A stretch of 63,013 bases of DNA, filler included, from Octopus bimaculoides (Eukaryota): assembly GCF_001194135.2 (NCBI RefSeq). It is 4 parts of 4 records of this genome, joined end to end, with 100 filler letters (N's around TTAATTAATTAA, not from the genome) between each part and the next. Parts side by side here need not be neighbours in the genome. Positions count along the whole stretch, not along the records: positions 1 to 14,615 come from NC_068998.1; positions 14,716 to 22,035 come from NC_068990.1; positions 22,136 to 36,016 come from NC_068996.1; 1 more part is not named here. One strand, given 5' to 3'. Below the pieces are notes generated by a model. The model was given only the letters and a program-made list of their open reading frames with translations, did no database searches and was not told the DNA's origin. The number at the start of each line of letters is the position of its first letter. Within the stretch, counting starts at the first letter, position 1. This document shows, one piece after another, positions 13,931 to 27,468 of this stretch. Made by a program: the position numbers and the translations under genes.

Positions 13931-13983
<53 letters not shown>

Positions 13984-14250
13984 CATACACATATATATGC
14001 ATATATATATAGATATATAGGTAGGAAAGTAGGTAGGTAGGTAGATATTACGTACATATACTGATATGTACATATATGTATTTATTAGAATATATGTGTA
14101 AATACATATATACAGCTATAAGTGTATATATATCTATCTCTCTCCCTCTCTCTATTTATCTCACTCACTCTCTCTCTCTCACACTCTCTCTCACACACTC
14201 TCTCTCTCTCTCCCTCTCTGTATATATATTTACATACACACACGCACACA

Positions 14251-14312
<62 letters not shown>

Positions 14313-14334
14313 CATAGATAGATATACATATATT

Positions 14335-14365
<31 letters not shown>

Positions 14366-14465
14366 CCACACACACACGACTCTAATTACATACTGTTTTA
14401 TTCATATACATGGACATATAAATCTTTCGCAATCAGCTTTTTTTAACCTCATCTCTCTCTGTATC

Positions 14466-14500
<35 letters not shown>

Positions 14501-14615
14501 GATTTCCCCCCTCATCCCCCTTTCTCTCTCTCTCTCTCTCTCTATCATACCATACTTGTAATACTATTGCTATTTTTTTCATCTTTATTCTTCAATACAA
14601 ACACCCCGCTCACGC

Positions 14616-14715
14616 NNNNNNNNNNNNNNNNNNNNNNNNNNNNNNNNNNNNNNNNNNNNTTAATTAATTAANNNNNNNNNNNNNNNNNNNNNNNNNNNNN
14701 NNNNNNNNNNNNNNN
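14616..14715. other. Artificial scaffold spacer N44-TTAATTAATTAA-N44 (also at 22036-22135 and 36017-36116)
   Basis: Identical 100-nt layout three times; the 12-mer puts TAA in all six frames. Confidence 0.9.
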
Positions 14716-14738
14716 AGCACGTTATAAAAATAAAACTA

Positions 14739-14784
<46 letters not shown>

Positions 14785-14803
<19 letters not shown>

Positions 14804-14990
14804 CATCGAAAAATACCTTAGGAATGAGAACCCAGGTTCGAAATTTCCCCAAGACACCTTAAGAAGGTTGGAGGGTATATCAGCCGAAACGTTGTGTTAA
14901 CAACAAACAAGATGAGGACAACTATCCGTCGAATGTAAATAATGTAAATAATGTATATAATTCCTCATCTCTTAAATATAGAACAGTTTT
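14785..14990 (+). mobile_element. Penelope-like terminal fragment with a degenerate hammerhead
   Basis: gacac-CTTAAGA-aggttgg..tcagcc-GAAA-CG-TT-gtgtt (14833-14897), with one core substitution. Preceded by (AAT)n. Confidence 0.5.
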
Positions 14991-16184
14991 AGAGCTATTA
15001 AAAATTTCTAGCTCACAAAGACTTCGTTTACTTTCTTTAAACCAAGTTTTAAAATGTCTCATTGTCTTTTGATATAATTTAGTTAAAGCTTGTTTTTGTT
15101 TGGTTGTTTTTGTTTTTTTTTTCAATGCACGTGAGACATTTTTATTCTAATTTTTTCTCAATATACTTTCTTCAACAGAATGCTACTTACGTATCTTATT
15201 AAATGGTGGCTCTTTCTAGTCTTTGAGAGCTAGAAATGTTTAATTTCTCTAAAACCTCCTGCAATAATTGATAGAAATAACGTCAATGTAGATTTAATTA
15301 CACCTACACAATTATTTTATATAATTATACACTTGACGCTTATAAATTTACATTCTGAATCATTCTAAAAATGTTCGAACCGAAAACATAATTACATGCG
15401 AAACATTTGGCGTTTATTTCAATATCGATTATAATTCTAATCTCATTTTCATCAATGTGAATTACTTATCTCAGAAGAGTACTAATCTTCTTACTTTACG
15501 CGAAGACTACACACCCATATTCTCATGGGAAAGAGTGGCAAGCCCCCAATCGAGTATGAAAACCGATGCTTCATGCTGCAGGGTTATTTTTTATGCCTGT
15601 GCTTAGTAGTTTTACTATGAGAATCAATACACGCAATCCGATCCCACTCTTTAGACTTGACAAAAGTTGTTCAACGGGATAAGACGGTTGCGGTGACCAG
15701 CGAGCTGTAGGCTTTATGTTGGAGTAACCCTCCTTTAGATGAATTACAACTACAGAGCTGGAGAGCTCTATCTACCTTGGAGTTTCTGGCAAGTTGTCAA
15801 AGAGGGCAGCAGACCGCCTGGGCGACTCGTTCATTTGCTGTCGAGATTGACTCCTCAAACCTTTTTCTCTCCCAAGGCACTCACAAGGCAGTGAGGATTT
15901 GTGCCTGGAATTTCTTCTATAACATGCTAATCAACCCGTAGCAAGGACCCTCACAGGAGCTACTACTCTGGGTCAGAACACACTAGGAACAATTGTGGCA
16001 AAGAGATTGTTCCACACTCCTCAAAGTGCAGTTTAAAGTCATGCCCAGAAAAATATCTAAAATACTGCAGCTTGATAATAACCAGTACCCAAACGAAAGA
16101 AAACATTCCTATGATTATGTGGCCTTCATTCTTTCAATGCGCTACAAACGTCTTCCCATATTGCGCAACACCTGTACTTGTATA

Positions 16185-16270
<86 letters not shown>

Positions 16271-16279
16271 CGTTCTGCT

Positions 16280-16985
16280 TTTTAATTATTATAAATCTTC
16301 CACTGAGGAGAGAGTCGGTTTCCAACAAAGATACAAGGCTCCATCTTTGGAATGTAGTTAACAGACAAATTCATATTTGGAATTTGAGAAAAGTCTTGCA
16401 TATTTTTACTGTTCCACTCACAAATTGCACTTGTAATGCACGAATTAGCGGGTCGATTTCTCTTTCTGAAAATCCGTTTATCCAGATTCTCTTTTGAGCA
16501 TTTACTAACAAAACCCAGTGCTCCAATAATAATTATTATTGGTATGAATACGAATTCATAGTCTGGATATAAAAACTGGCTGTTTCGAAGCAGTTGTCCT
16601 TAGATATCTTTTATTTTTCCCTCTATCCCAAACGACAATATGCGGCCTGTTATGTTTACATTTAACAGAAGTTTTGATGGGAATATTCCACCAGTATTCC
16701 TTGAGTTGGTGTTTATGAATGTATTCCATAACACAGGGATTTTCTAAGTTTATTTCAGGACAGTCTTTCTTGCGGATGGCATTGTAAATTGTTTTAGCGA
16801 CAACATCATGCTGCATGGGAAGGTAGTACCGTGACGACATTTTAGAACAGCTACTAATCACATGCGTGACATCTTCTAGCTTACACATGCAGTTGCACCT
16901 TCAGATTTCAAGAGCGTCACTGTCTCTCTTGTTCACCAGGTATTTTGTGGCAATCTCCTGTTCTTGGATTGCAAACCCATAGCTT
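16280..16985 (-). mobile_element. 5'-truncated R4/Dong-type non-LTR retrotransposon (CCHC and REL region)
   Basis: AIQEQEIATKYL..CKLEDVTHVISSC..QHDVVAK..WWNIPIKTSVKCKHNRPHIVVWD..FIPIIIIIGALG..GTVKICKTFLKFQI*. Confidence 0.8.
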
Positions 16986-17499
16986 TCAAAGTGTCCAAGA
17001 GAGGCTGCGCTTCGTGTCAATTCTACTGCCTTTTTCAACCTTCCAGGCATAGTCTTTTTTTTTTTGTATGCTGAGTGCTTTCTATCCAGAGCTTCTCTGA
17101 GGTATGTATGTATGTTTGTATGGATACACGCACACACCGTGTAGTATTTGTGTCTATGTATCTGTACACACACACACATATCATTTACTGCCCTTACGTT
17201 AGTCTCTGCTTCTCTGAAATTTCTGCTTAAAGCATCTACAAAACTTTTTCAGTTTTATGCTCCCTTAAGTGCACATCCTCTTTTCAAACTTTTGTGCATT
17301 CATTTTCAGTTAGATGTGAGTCTCTCTGATACATTATTTCTGGTCATATGTTTCCTCTTCTCAGAGATTTAGAATAAACTGGAAGTGTAAATTAACTGCT
17401 CTGGCTTCACTCAGTTATTTTCAAACACTCAGTTATTTCCATATTTAAAAAAAATGTATTAAAACTTTTTAATTCGACTTATATTTTTACTTAGGTCAC

Positions 17500-18650
17500 C
17501 AAGTATTTCGTAACTGACTTCTTACAAAATCCATGCAAGTCTGGTAAGTATATGATTTTGTATGACGTTAATTTACAACCAAGTTTCTAGCAGTGGTAAT
17601 TGCTTAGAAATGAACTAAATCAGAACTAATTTGCTACTGCTTTGTATAAAGATATGGAATTTCATTGAGGACCTCTTAATGGTGCTTCAAATAGCATGAC
17701 TTCATTTGAAACTCCTTGAAAATCATATTAATGCATGAGAAAGAATTTAATAATCAAATTAGCAGAAGAAATCATGTGTCTTCTTAAGTGAGGTAAGATT
17801 AAACAAGATAATATTTCCTCTGATGTAGCTGCTGTAATTGTCAACTAACTAAAGTACATTTAGAACTAAATAAGCTACAGTTTTCTGAAGAACTTCTTAT
17901 AATGCAGCTGCATACATCTTACAATTTAAAATTCTAACGACAAATGAAAACTATGATAAAAACACTTTCTAGCTTAGTTGAAGAAGATATAATATTCTCC
18001 TAATGAAGAGACGATCTCGGAATTTCACCAAAATTGAAACTATTTCTCAGAGGAAAAATAGCTGAGTGGGTAAGCTAATCAAGTAGAAGCTAATTGGTGT
18101 GGAATTTATTAAAGGCGTTTCATTAAATCTCTGGAAAAACACTTAATTCATTTTATCTTGTCCTCAGAATCTGATACAAGATATTTTCTGAATGTTTCTT
18201 ATGATAGATTGGTCTATCTTGGGGATGATTCATATCTAACGCCATGTAACCAGAACGACATTCATTCTTATGAACTTTTGGAAAATTTAAAGACATTTTG
18301 GTTTTTCCTACCTAGTTTGCAGCTTTTGACGACATTTTCTTCGTAAAATCTGAGAGTGAAGTAATTGAAATAACATGACAGAAATCAAAGAATATATTGA
18401 AAACGTATGAGCGAATCATATATTTCCATATATTTAGATAAGATGTCTATATGAAAGATAAAATTCTTGGGCATAAGGGACTGATTTATGAATGTTTAAT
18501 TTCGGAGTATCTAATTTAAACCAACTGGTGACAATCTTAGTTTGCTTCTTGAGAAAAAATGTTGATCAGCCGCTGAACTTTGGTTTTCTTGATCAGTATG
18601 TCAACTGAAATATCATAAAGTACAGATTTAAAGCAGTAATTTATATTTAG
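17500..18650 (+). mobile_element. Possible highly decayed hAT-type transposase remnant
   Basis: AT-rich, with broken frames such as YFLNVSYDRL and NDIHSYELLENLKTF, reminiscent of the hAT C-terminal region; weak. Confidence 0.25.
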
Positions 18651-19384
18651 CTTCTCCCACACTTGGCAACTTTAAGGATAATGGAAAAACATGCAACTAT
18701 AGGTTTACTGCGCCTTGTAATTAACTTCAAGCTGTTTATTATATCTCTGGAATTTCATGGAATTACGATCATACGTTACGAATATTCGTCAGTGCACATA
18801 CAAATATTATAAACATAAATCATTCGCGTCCGGAGGCAAGCTGCCGGTGAACCAAGATTGCGACACAGTTTCGATTCTTTATTGTAATTCATTTATTTTA
18901 TTAAAGGTTACTACGGCCGTTCAGAAAGCAAGTCACAAGAATCCTTTTCCTGATTCAAGAGTATGCCTCCTCCTGAAATAAGAACTCAAATATCCCATGA
19001 AACATTGTTCCTGGTTGCAAATAATCTGCTATGGTAGATTTGTATCAGAAATAAATAACTTGCTTATACACAAACAGACAAGCATGCTCACGCACATACA
19101 TACATACATACATACATACATACATGCATACATGTATGCATATATGTGTGTTTGCGCGCGCGTATATATATATCACACACACACACATACATACGCACAC
19201 ACACGTTCTGTTATCACACACACACTCGCAGACTCTCGCGCACGCACAGATATTCACCTCCTTTTTTCACTCTCCTGTCTTAGAAAGAACTTTTCCCCCA
19301 CCACCTCCTCTTCCGGTCCTTTCACAATGTAACCTCGTGGGCATCGGTGCCATTTTCCTCTTCCTCCGTTTTTCCATTCTCCGA

Positions 19385-19435
19385 ACTTTCTGTCTTTCCG
19401 ACGAAGGGCTCCGCCCGAAATGTCATACTCTCTCT
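19385..19435 (+). mobile_element. Degenerate hammerhead-like motif (Penelope-like remnant)
   Basis: CCGACGA-agggc-tcc-gccc-GAAA-TG-TC; differences from the consensus are compatible with decay; stem I unclear. Confidence 0.35.
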
Positions 19436-19638
19436 CCTTCCTTTCCCGAGCGTCCAATAACACTATCCGTATCACGTCCTCACTTTGTTGTTTTTTTGTT
19501 ATTGTTTTTTTGAACTTATATATATANNNNNNNNNNNNNNNNNNNNNNNNNNNNNNNNNNNNNNNNNNNNNNNNNNNNNNNNNNNNNNNNNNNNNNNNNN
19601 NNNNNNNNNNNNATATATATATATATATATATATATAT

Positions 19639-20044
19639 AGGTGCGGTCATGGCTGTGCGATAAGAAGCTTACTTCCCAACCGCATGGTTCCGGGTTCATT
19701 CCCACTACATAGCACTACTATTGCCACAGACCGACCAAATCCTTGTGAGTGGATTTGGTAGATGGAAACTGAAGGAAGCCCGGCGTATATATATTTATAT
19801 ATGTATGTATTTATGTGTGTGTGTTTCTGTGTCTGTCTATGTTTGTCCTCCCGCCATCGGTTGACAACCCATGCTGGTGTGTTTATGTCTCCGTAACTAG
19901 CGGTTCGGCAAAACAGACCGGTAGAATAAGTACCAGGCTTACAAAGAATAAGCCCTGGGGTCGAGTTCTTCGACTAAAAAACTCTTTAAGGCGGTGCTCC
20001 AGCATACCCGCAGTCAAATGACTGAAACAAGTAAAAGAAAGAAA
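19639..20044 (+). mobile_element. tRNA-derived SINE, family B
   Basis: GGCTGTGCGATAAGAAGCTTACTTCCCAACC..GGTTCCGGGTTC..GTGAGTGGATTTGGTAGA..TGACTGAAACAAGTAAAAGA. Confidence 0.88.
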
Positions 20045-20397
20045 GCATTTATGTATGTATGTATATATATTTATATATATATTATAACCAACACAAAATT
20101 TAAGTCAGTAGATGAGCTAATGACGTCTGAAATGTTTTTGGCAACAGGTTAATTCTGTAAGTTATCTTATTATCTAAGACTCTGTAATAGCCAGTCTAAA
20201 GCTAAATAGCAACTATCGCTTGGAAAGCCCAAAATTGATAATATATACTCCTGGGTCTGAAATAGAGTATATGTAGTAAAAACTGGAAATGGTTTCCATT
20301 ATAGATTTGGTTTATGGGGGATAAATCTGATTAATGAATAACAACAAATATCATTACATTATTAAACAAACCAAACTTCTATTTTGCTTAAACAATT

Positions 20398-20841
20398 ACT
20401 CTTTTACTCTTTTACTTGTTTCAGTCATTTGACTGCGGCATTGCTAGAGCACCGCCTTTAGTCGAGAAAATCGACCTCAGGACTTATTCGTTGTAAGCCT
20501 AGTACTTATTTTATCGGTCTCTTTTCTTTTTGCCGAACCGCTAAGTTATGTGGACGTAAACACACCAGCATCGGTTGTCAAGCGATGGTGGGAGTACAAA
20601 CACAGACACNNNNNNNNNNNNNNNNNNNNNNNNNNNNNNNNNNNTATATATATATATATATACACGCACATATATGTACGACGGGCTTCTTTCAATTTCC
20701 GTCTACAAAATCCACTCACAAGGCTTTGGTCGGTCCGAGGCTATAGCAGAAGACGACTGCCCAAGGAGCCACGCAGTGGGACTGAACCCAGAACCATGTG
20801 GTTGGTAAGCAAGCTACTTGCCACACAGCCACTCCTGCGCT
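20398..20841 (-). mobile_element. SINE family B, near full length
   Basis: Reverse complement of GCGCAGGAGTGGCTGTGTGG..GGTTCAGTCCC..GTAAAAGAGTAAAAGAG. Confidence 0.9.
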
Positions 20842-21244
20842 TATTGCCAACATATTCCTTTCACTATCTCTAGGTAAGTTAGACAGACTTAGCGCCTTAG
20901 TTTTTCTAATAATATATGTAGGTGGTGCCAACGCAGTGGTGTAAAATAAAATTTAAATCACTGCCAATATATGTTTGACCTGTAAAAATGCATTTTCACT
21001 GCGGTTTGCCACGGAGAAAAATTCTCGCCTTAGGCAAAAGGTGTAAACATGTCATAATTAGTACAGAGCGGCCCCTATGGACTGGTAGATGCATTTCAAA
21101 CTTTTGTACGCTCTTTAGTAGCAAATATCAAGAGAGGCAACTCTAAACTAACTGCAAGACTTAGTTTTCTTCAAAGAAATCAATAGAAAGAACCAAACAA
21201 TAGCTAGCTTCGGCCGCCAGTCCGGTTAAAATATATCTTCTATC

Positions 21245-21425
21245 TTTCATTTTTCACTTGTTTCAGTCATTAGACTACGGCGATGCTGAGGCACCTCCTT
21301 GAGGAATAGTAGTGGAATGAATCGAACCCAGTGCTTTTTTAAAGCCTCTTTTGCCGAAACGCTAAGCTATTTAGACATAAACACACCAACACCAGTTGTC
21401 AAGTGGCAGGGTGGGGACAAACAAA
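21245..21425 (-). mobile_element. SINE family B, 3' half
   Basis: cacttgtttcagtcatt..gccgaaacgctaag..acaccaacaccagttgtcaag. Confidence 0.75.
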
Positions 21426-21479
21426 AGCATACACACACACACACACACACTCATACATATACATACATGCATGCATACA

Positions 21480-21510
<31 letters not shown>

Positions 21511-21862
21511 GTTACGTAAAGGGAGAGGGGGTTTTTTTTCCATTGCAGACCACAGTGAAAATGTCGTTTTTCTGGCCGAATATACCTCAACATAATTGTT
21601 TATTTGATATCACAGCTTCGTGCGTCAAAATCTTCACGCACACATTCACTCGCACAAATACATACACATACACATACACATGCAGTCACACATTCACTCA
21701 TACACACATACACACCTCTCTCCCTCTCTCTTTCTCTGTATGAATGTATGTATGTGTGTGTATGTATGTATATCTATAAGGATAAGATTGTTATTAAAAA
21801 TACCGATCACATTAGGTGGCTAGCATGAGAATAAAGACCTCATAGGTAATAATAATTATTAA

Positions 21863-22003
21863 AATTATAATTAAAGGTATCTAAGAGATACCACCATATA
21901 GCAGCCAAAACCTGACTTTAAAACCACATTTAATGTGGTTTTAGAGTCAAGTTTTGGCTGCTATATCTAGTATGGTGGTATCCCTTAGATACCCTTAATT
22001 ATA

Positions 22004-22007
<4 letters not shown>
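21863..22007. repeat. Near-perfect 145-bp palindrome (MITE-like)
   Basis: aattataattaaaggtatctaagagataccaccata..aaaaccacatt-t-aatgtggtttt..tatggtggtatcccttagatacccttaattataatt; centre at 21931. Confidence 0.85.
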
Positions 22008-22035
<28 letters not shown>

Positions 22036-22135
22036 NNNNNNNNNNNNNNNNNNNNNNNNNNNNNNNNNNNNNNNNNNNNTTAATTAATTAANNNNNNNNN
22101 NNNNNNNNNNNNNNNNNNNNNNNNNNNNNNNNNNN

Positions 22136-22184
<49 letters not shown>

Positions 22185-23152
22185 TATATATTCATATAAA
22201 TTTCTAAGCATTTGATTTTGTGTTTTTCTTTTCTGTTTATATGTTTACACTCACTCATTAGCTGGAGATAAGTTATTCGTACGTGAGTGGAGCGTGCTCC
22301 CGCATGGCATAAACCATAATATAGGAAAGAGAGTGAAGAACACGCAAAATTCAACAATCAGTTTATTCGACTCCCGTTGGTGTTGTTATTATCGCTTTTG
22401 CTACTGTTGTTTCTTCTTTAGTTGTTCCTTTTGTTATTTGGTCCCTGTTCAGACCTCAGCCACCAGATCTACAATTAAATGTACCCCTGTTGTGACAATC
22501 CGCCTATTCCCTATTTATGGAAATGCCAATAACACGTTATTTCAAATTGACCTTTTTTGCACAAAACTATAGGGTGTGTTTTGAAGGAGGTTCAGTTGCT
22601 CTATTTCTAGCAGATTTAGCGGTCACTTGGAAGTTCCTTCGATTTGAAATTGCCGTTACTTTGATGCTCTTAAAATTGTTTGAGAAATAGACGAAATGTC
22701 TTGTAGTTCTGCGATTTCTTTGTTTTAGTCTGAGTTCATACCCATACTAGAGTGGATTTTTACCTTTCGTAAAAGACCCAGAATGTTTTGTTTTTTTTAC
22801 CATCGAATTGCGGGTCGTTAACGTAGGTACCAATCAAGCACTCGGAGTTCTGCCACAAAATACTGGGATTTGAGAATGTGACAGAAATCATGGTGCTGAA
22901 TTGGCAGATTCGGTAATGAGTTCAACAAAATGGCATAGTCTTTTACACTCATCGTTCAAATCCATCTGCGATCAATATTGCCATTCGTCCTTCTGCAGCA
23001 AATGGCATAAGGTACTATGCAAGTCGAGGAGGGGGGGGGGCATTGTAACCGACTATTCCCTGCCACCCACATTGCAGGCCTTGTTTAGATATTCATAACA
23101 CTGAGTTCCTCGATATCCTTAGATATCCATAACACCGAGTTCCTAGATGGTG

Positions 23153-23194
<42 letters not shown>

Positions 23195-23679
23195 AAACTG
23201 GAGTACCAATGAAGTAATACAAATTTATATGCAGGCATCGCAAGTCCATATCTTGACACAGTATAAGATTTTGTAACATGAAATGCGTTTCCAATTCACT
23301 TCCAAATTTATTAACTTTTCAAGTAACATGGAAGTCAGTAGGAGCAATTTTTTTAACGTTACAGGATTCTACACTGCAGTAAGATTTTCAAGAACGCAAA
23401 AGTTTCCGTAATGCGGGAGCCGCGTGTAGTGTGTATGCTGTCTGTTTGCTTTCTAACATGTTCCATTTATGTTCTCTCATTCTTGTGGAAATAATTAAAG
23501 AAAAGGAGGTTTTTGTTTTTTCGTTTTGTTCTTCTTTTGGTTATTTTTTATTCTAAATTAATTATTCTGATATAAACAAACATATGAATAAATAGTTATG
23601 TTGTCATTTTAAACAAAATAAACAATAATAATCATTTATCCGAATTTTTATTTTTGCTCATCAACATCATCATCATCAC

Positions 23680-23743
<64 letters not shown>

Positions 23744-24004
23744 TTTATTTTTATTCTCCATTGAATGGCTTGATTGTGTGTAAAGCTGTTGTTTAAGCAT
23801 CTGTCTTCGTAAGAATGTTTGACTGACAAATTAGACTTTCAGAGAACGCAACTAATTCGTACTGTCTGGATCTGGATGGAGGGTTATGGTGTTGTCAGTA
23901 AGTATGGCCGACAACTAGGGCAGAAACGTTAAGAGGCTAAATAAAGAATTAAGAAAAACAAGAATAAATAAAATTCCGTACATTATTTATAAACACCACC
24001 TCTG

Positions 24005-24096
24005 TCCCACCACCACTGCCCCACCACCACTGCCCCTGTCTCGCCACCACTGCCCCTGTCTCGCCACCACCGTCCCTGTCCCGCACCACCACTGCC
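24005..24096. repeat. 20-bp minisatellite (CCACCACTGCCCCTGTCTCG), about 4 degenerate units
   Basis: Direct reading. Confidence 0.8.
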
Positions 24097-25834
24097 ATCA
24101 TAATCTTTCCAAATCTTGATGCTTATATTCTTGAGGATATTGCTGCTGTTTTTGTAATTATTGTTTGTATTTTTGTTGTATCAGCTCTTTTCTGGTCTTC
24201 AGATGTTGTTCATGTGTCGAACCATTCGATCGGTGGCTCAACCCGTGACCCGTATTTTTTTGGTTTTTCCTTTTCATGTGCCATACCAACAGGCATCGGC
24301 GATCATGAACCTTTATTACCCAGCTTCAAGATTTGAAGATTCGTGATACAGCGGTGTATTGCCTTTGCTTCCAACTCTTTATTTACCTTTTACTATGTTA
24401 ATCACCTGTTCTACTGACTTTATCCTTCAGGAAAAGGACATATTTTACACTCAGGTACTGGTACTGGTACTGGTTCGCTCGACATAAAGTATGTTCACGC
24501 ATCAGTGAGCTTCTGTGACACATGTCAAGGAGGCAGCCTTTTACACACAGAACCATTTTACAGATACTACCAACTCGGACCAGAGCGGCCTTGGTAACTG
24601 AAGTGATTCCTTACTTCCTGAAACTCTTTAAACATCACATCAGCTATTTTACTGACACAATAGTGATAGATTTCCTAGCTGTATTGCGTGAAACCAGTAA
24701 CTAACAACATGAAAAGGAACTCCTCTTTGACTTGTGGGCGTCTAATATTTTGTCATTGTTGAGAAAGAGTTTGCTAGTTGTTACATGGGAAAATGGTCAG
24801 ATGTTACCTTGTAGCTCTCTTGTTGTTACAACTGGATACATAATGAGATTATGAATCTGAATACGTAATCGAATTCTTTGTTCTATACTTGCATATGGAA
24901 TTATTTAATATAAGAAATAATCTTTAAAAAATGATCAGAATAAAATTATTAGTGGTTATTTTGTATGATTTTCTAAATGTTGATTAAGCATATAAAAGGG
25001 CACATATGTTTCGAAAGGAGAAAAGGAACGCTGCGAGGCTTAAGTATTACAGAAATATTTAAGCGACGTTAATTGAAATAAACCATTATAACTTAGAACT
25101 GAAACCTAATTGCGATGTTGTTTATTTTTCTCTGAGATCTTATCCATGTAAATACGCCAGAGAAAAATACATAAACACATAATCAGTGATATGTATAATT
25201 GTAAGGTAATTAATTCTCTTGGTGATTAAGCAACTAGATATCAAACATTGGTGTTTCTTTACAAATATAGATGCTGTTTCAAGCATTTTAACGATGTAAA
25301 GAGTTGTAAACTGTATAAAAATCAGTGTTTCGTGCCTTGTTTCAGAACAGTACTGCATTCAAAAAAGACTAACACAGTCAACTGTCAGCTGTCCAGTCTT
25401 CGTAGCAGTAAAACGACACCGTTGTGTGTCACTATACTGTCTTTATGACGAAGAAATTCAATTCTCATCAGCCCAGTTTGCCTAACTGTAACAAGGTACC
25501 ACACTGAGGCATAGTTCAATCAAGGTACTTAACTGTTAACTACGCGTCTAGCTGTAAATAAGTTCCGCGGTTTTGTGGTTTTTCTTTTTACAGCTTAGCC
25601 CACATAATTCTAAGTAGATACCACTAGATTGTTATATTTTCAGTAACATGTCCATGACCAACACCACAGACATATTACTAGTGCCTCCATTCACTCGTAA
25701 ACATATGCTATCCGAGTGGATATAGATAGCTAATACACTCTAGCTCTGTTGCAGTGAGATCGCTCTATCCACCAATATGCTTGACATTCCAGTCGGCACA
25801 TCCCTGTGCCTTAATGAAACATAGTTTTATACAC

Positions 25835-25874
<40 letters not shown>

Positions 25875-25884
25875 NNNNNNNNNN

Positions 25885-25919
<35 letters not shown>

Positions 25920-26399
25920 CTTTCATGTGGCTATTAGATGTCTGTATACCTTTAATTATATTCCGTTATTTCCATCAATCAAATTTGATGATTTCTTGTG
26001 TTATATATATTTTACTTTAATTCCTTTTAGTCTAAAAACCACAATACAAACAAAGCAATGTGGACAAGTATAAGTTATGATGTAATTTGAGGGAGGTTTG
26101 GCTACTACAGAAGGCCATATACTGTCTTTACATAATTATTTAACGTTGATTTTTAAAATATATTTAATATTAGACGATACCGAGGCTAGATAATCTAATA
26201 TACTCGCCAAGGAAATTTTAATTTTGATAGCTAAGTGGTTACGCCACTTGTGCCATAATTTCTGAATTGCTGATGACATCATCTGCTAATTCATGTCTAG
26301 TGTTTTTATTTAACTTCGCTTGTGTCCAATTTTGTTGTTATTTATTAGGACGGCTGTAACTTATATCTTTCAACGCACCGATTTAAAAGCATGTCATCA

Positions 26400-27080
26400 A
26401 GTTATATATCCATGAAGAAAACAACGAAGAAAAAGTAGTTTAACGGCAGGATGGACATAGAACCTTATAGTTGCTCAAAAAACAGTTGGATCTAATGACA
26501 GAGTTATATCAATGCGAGTGACGCTAAAATTTCGGCAGTGCAGTTTTATAAGTGGTAAAACGACTTTAAGAAAATCTTCACTTCTTCAACAGCGAACGAC
26601 AATTCCAGTACACTGTCGAAGTAAGATAACGTGAAATAATGAAACAATAAACTATCTTCAAAAGGTTAAGAGAATCCGAAAGCTCGGCATTTCTGGCAAC
26701 CCTCGTTGAGTTATGGAAAGTAGTTAAGGAATGCTCTGAGTAGATCAGTATAAACAAGCAAAAGTTTCCAAGATCCGATTGATCAAAGTGTACGGCTGAC
26801 TGAGAGAAAAGGAGTTGACCCGGAAAATTAAAAACACCAACCAGCAAGCATGAATGTTTATGAACGAGAACAATATAAAAAGCCCAAAGCCGGAAGGTTA
26901 GCAAGAATATCCCTGTAGATGGGAACATACCTAATTCACGCTTTTGAAGAACTTTCTACAGAATCCACCATGGAGGGCTGCGAGGATGGATGCATATCTG
27001 CTATCCATACCTGCGTTGACACTGGTGATGGCTGAGGAAGGTCAGAAACTCTCTTGGGAAGTTAAAGGATCACGGAACTA
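26400..27080 (+). mobile_element. Possible decayed APE-LINE (RTE-like) fragment
   Basis: VGSNDRVISMRVTL and PRSD in broken frames resemble APE endonuclease motifs; weak. Confidence 0.3.
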
Positions 27081-27407
27081 ATGTAATATCATTTGAAGAA
27101 CTCAAGATCAGAAAGATATCCTGCTTTGCTTAACATTTGCATTACAACACTGACGAAGTGGGATAAGCCAAAAAATGCGCTTCCTATCGAATATCATTTC
27201 TATTCTCAAACCCGAATCACTGAGCCCAATCGACGAATACAGAGACATCAGTCGGACAAGGGTCATTTAACCGTTTTCAGGTGGTGGTGGTGGTGGTGGT
27301 GGTGGTGGTATTTTACATCATCGAGTTTCGATTCACTTGTGACATATTCTGACATAAATAGCTGGCCCCTTAACTGCAGATTAATCTACGATTGCTTTTA
27401 TTATTAC

Positions 27408-27468
<61 letters not shown>

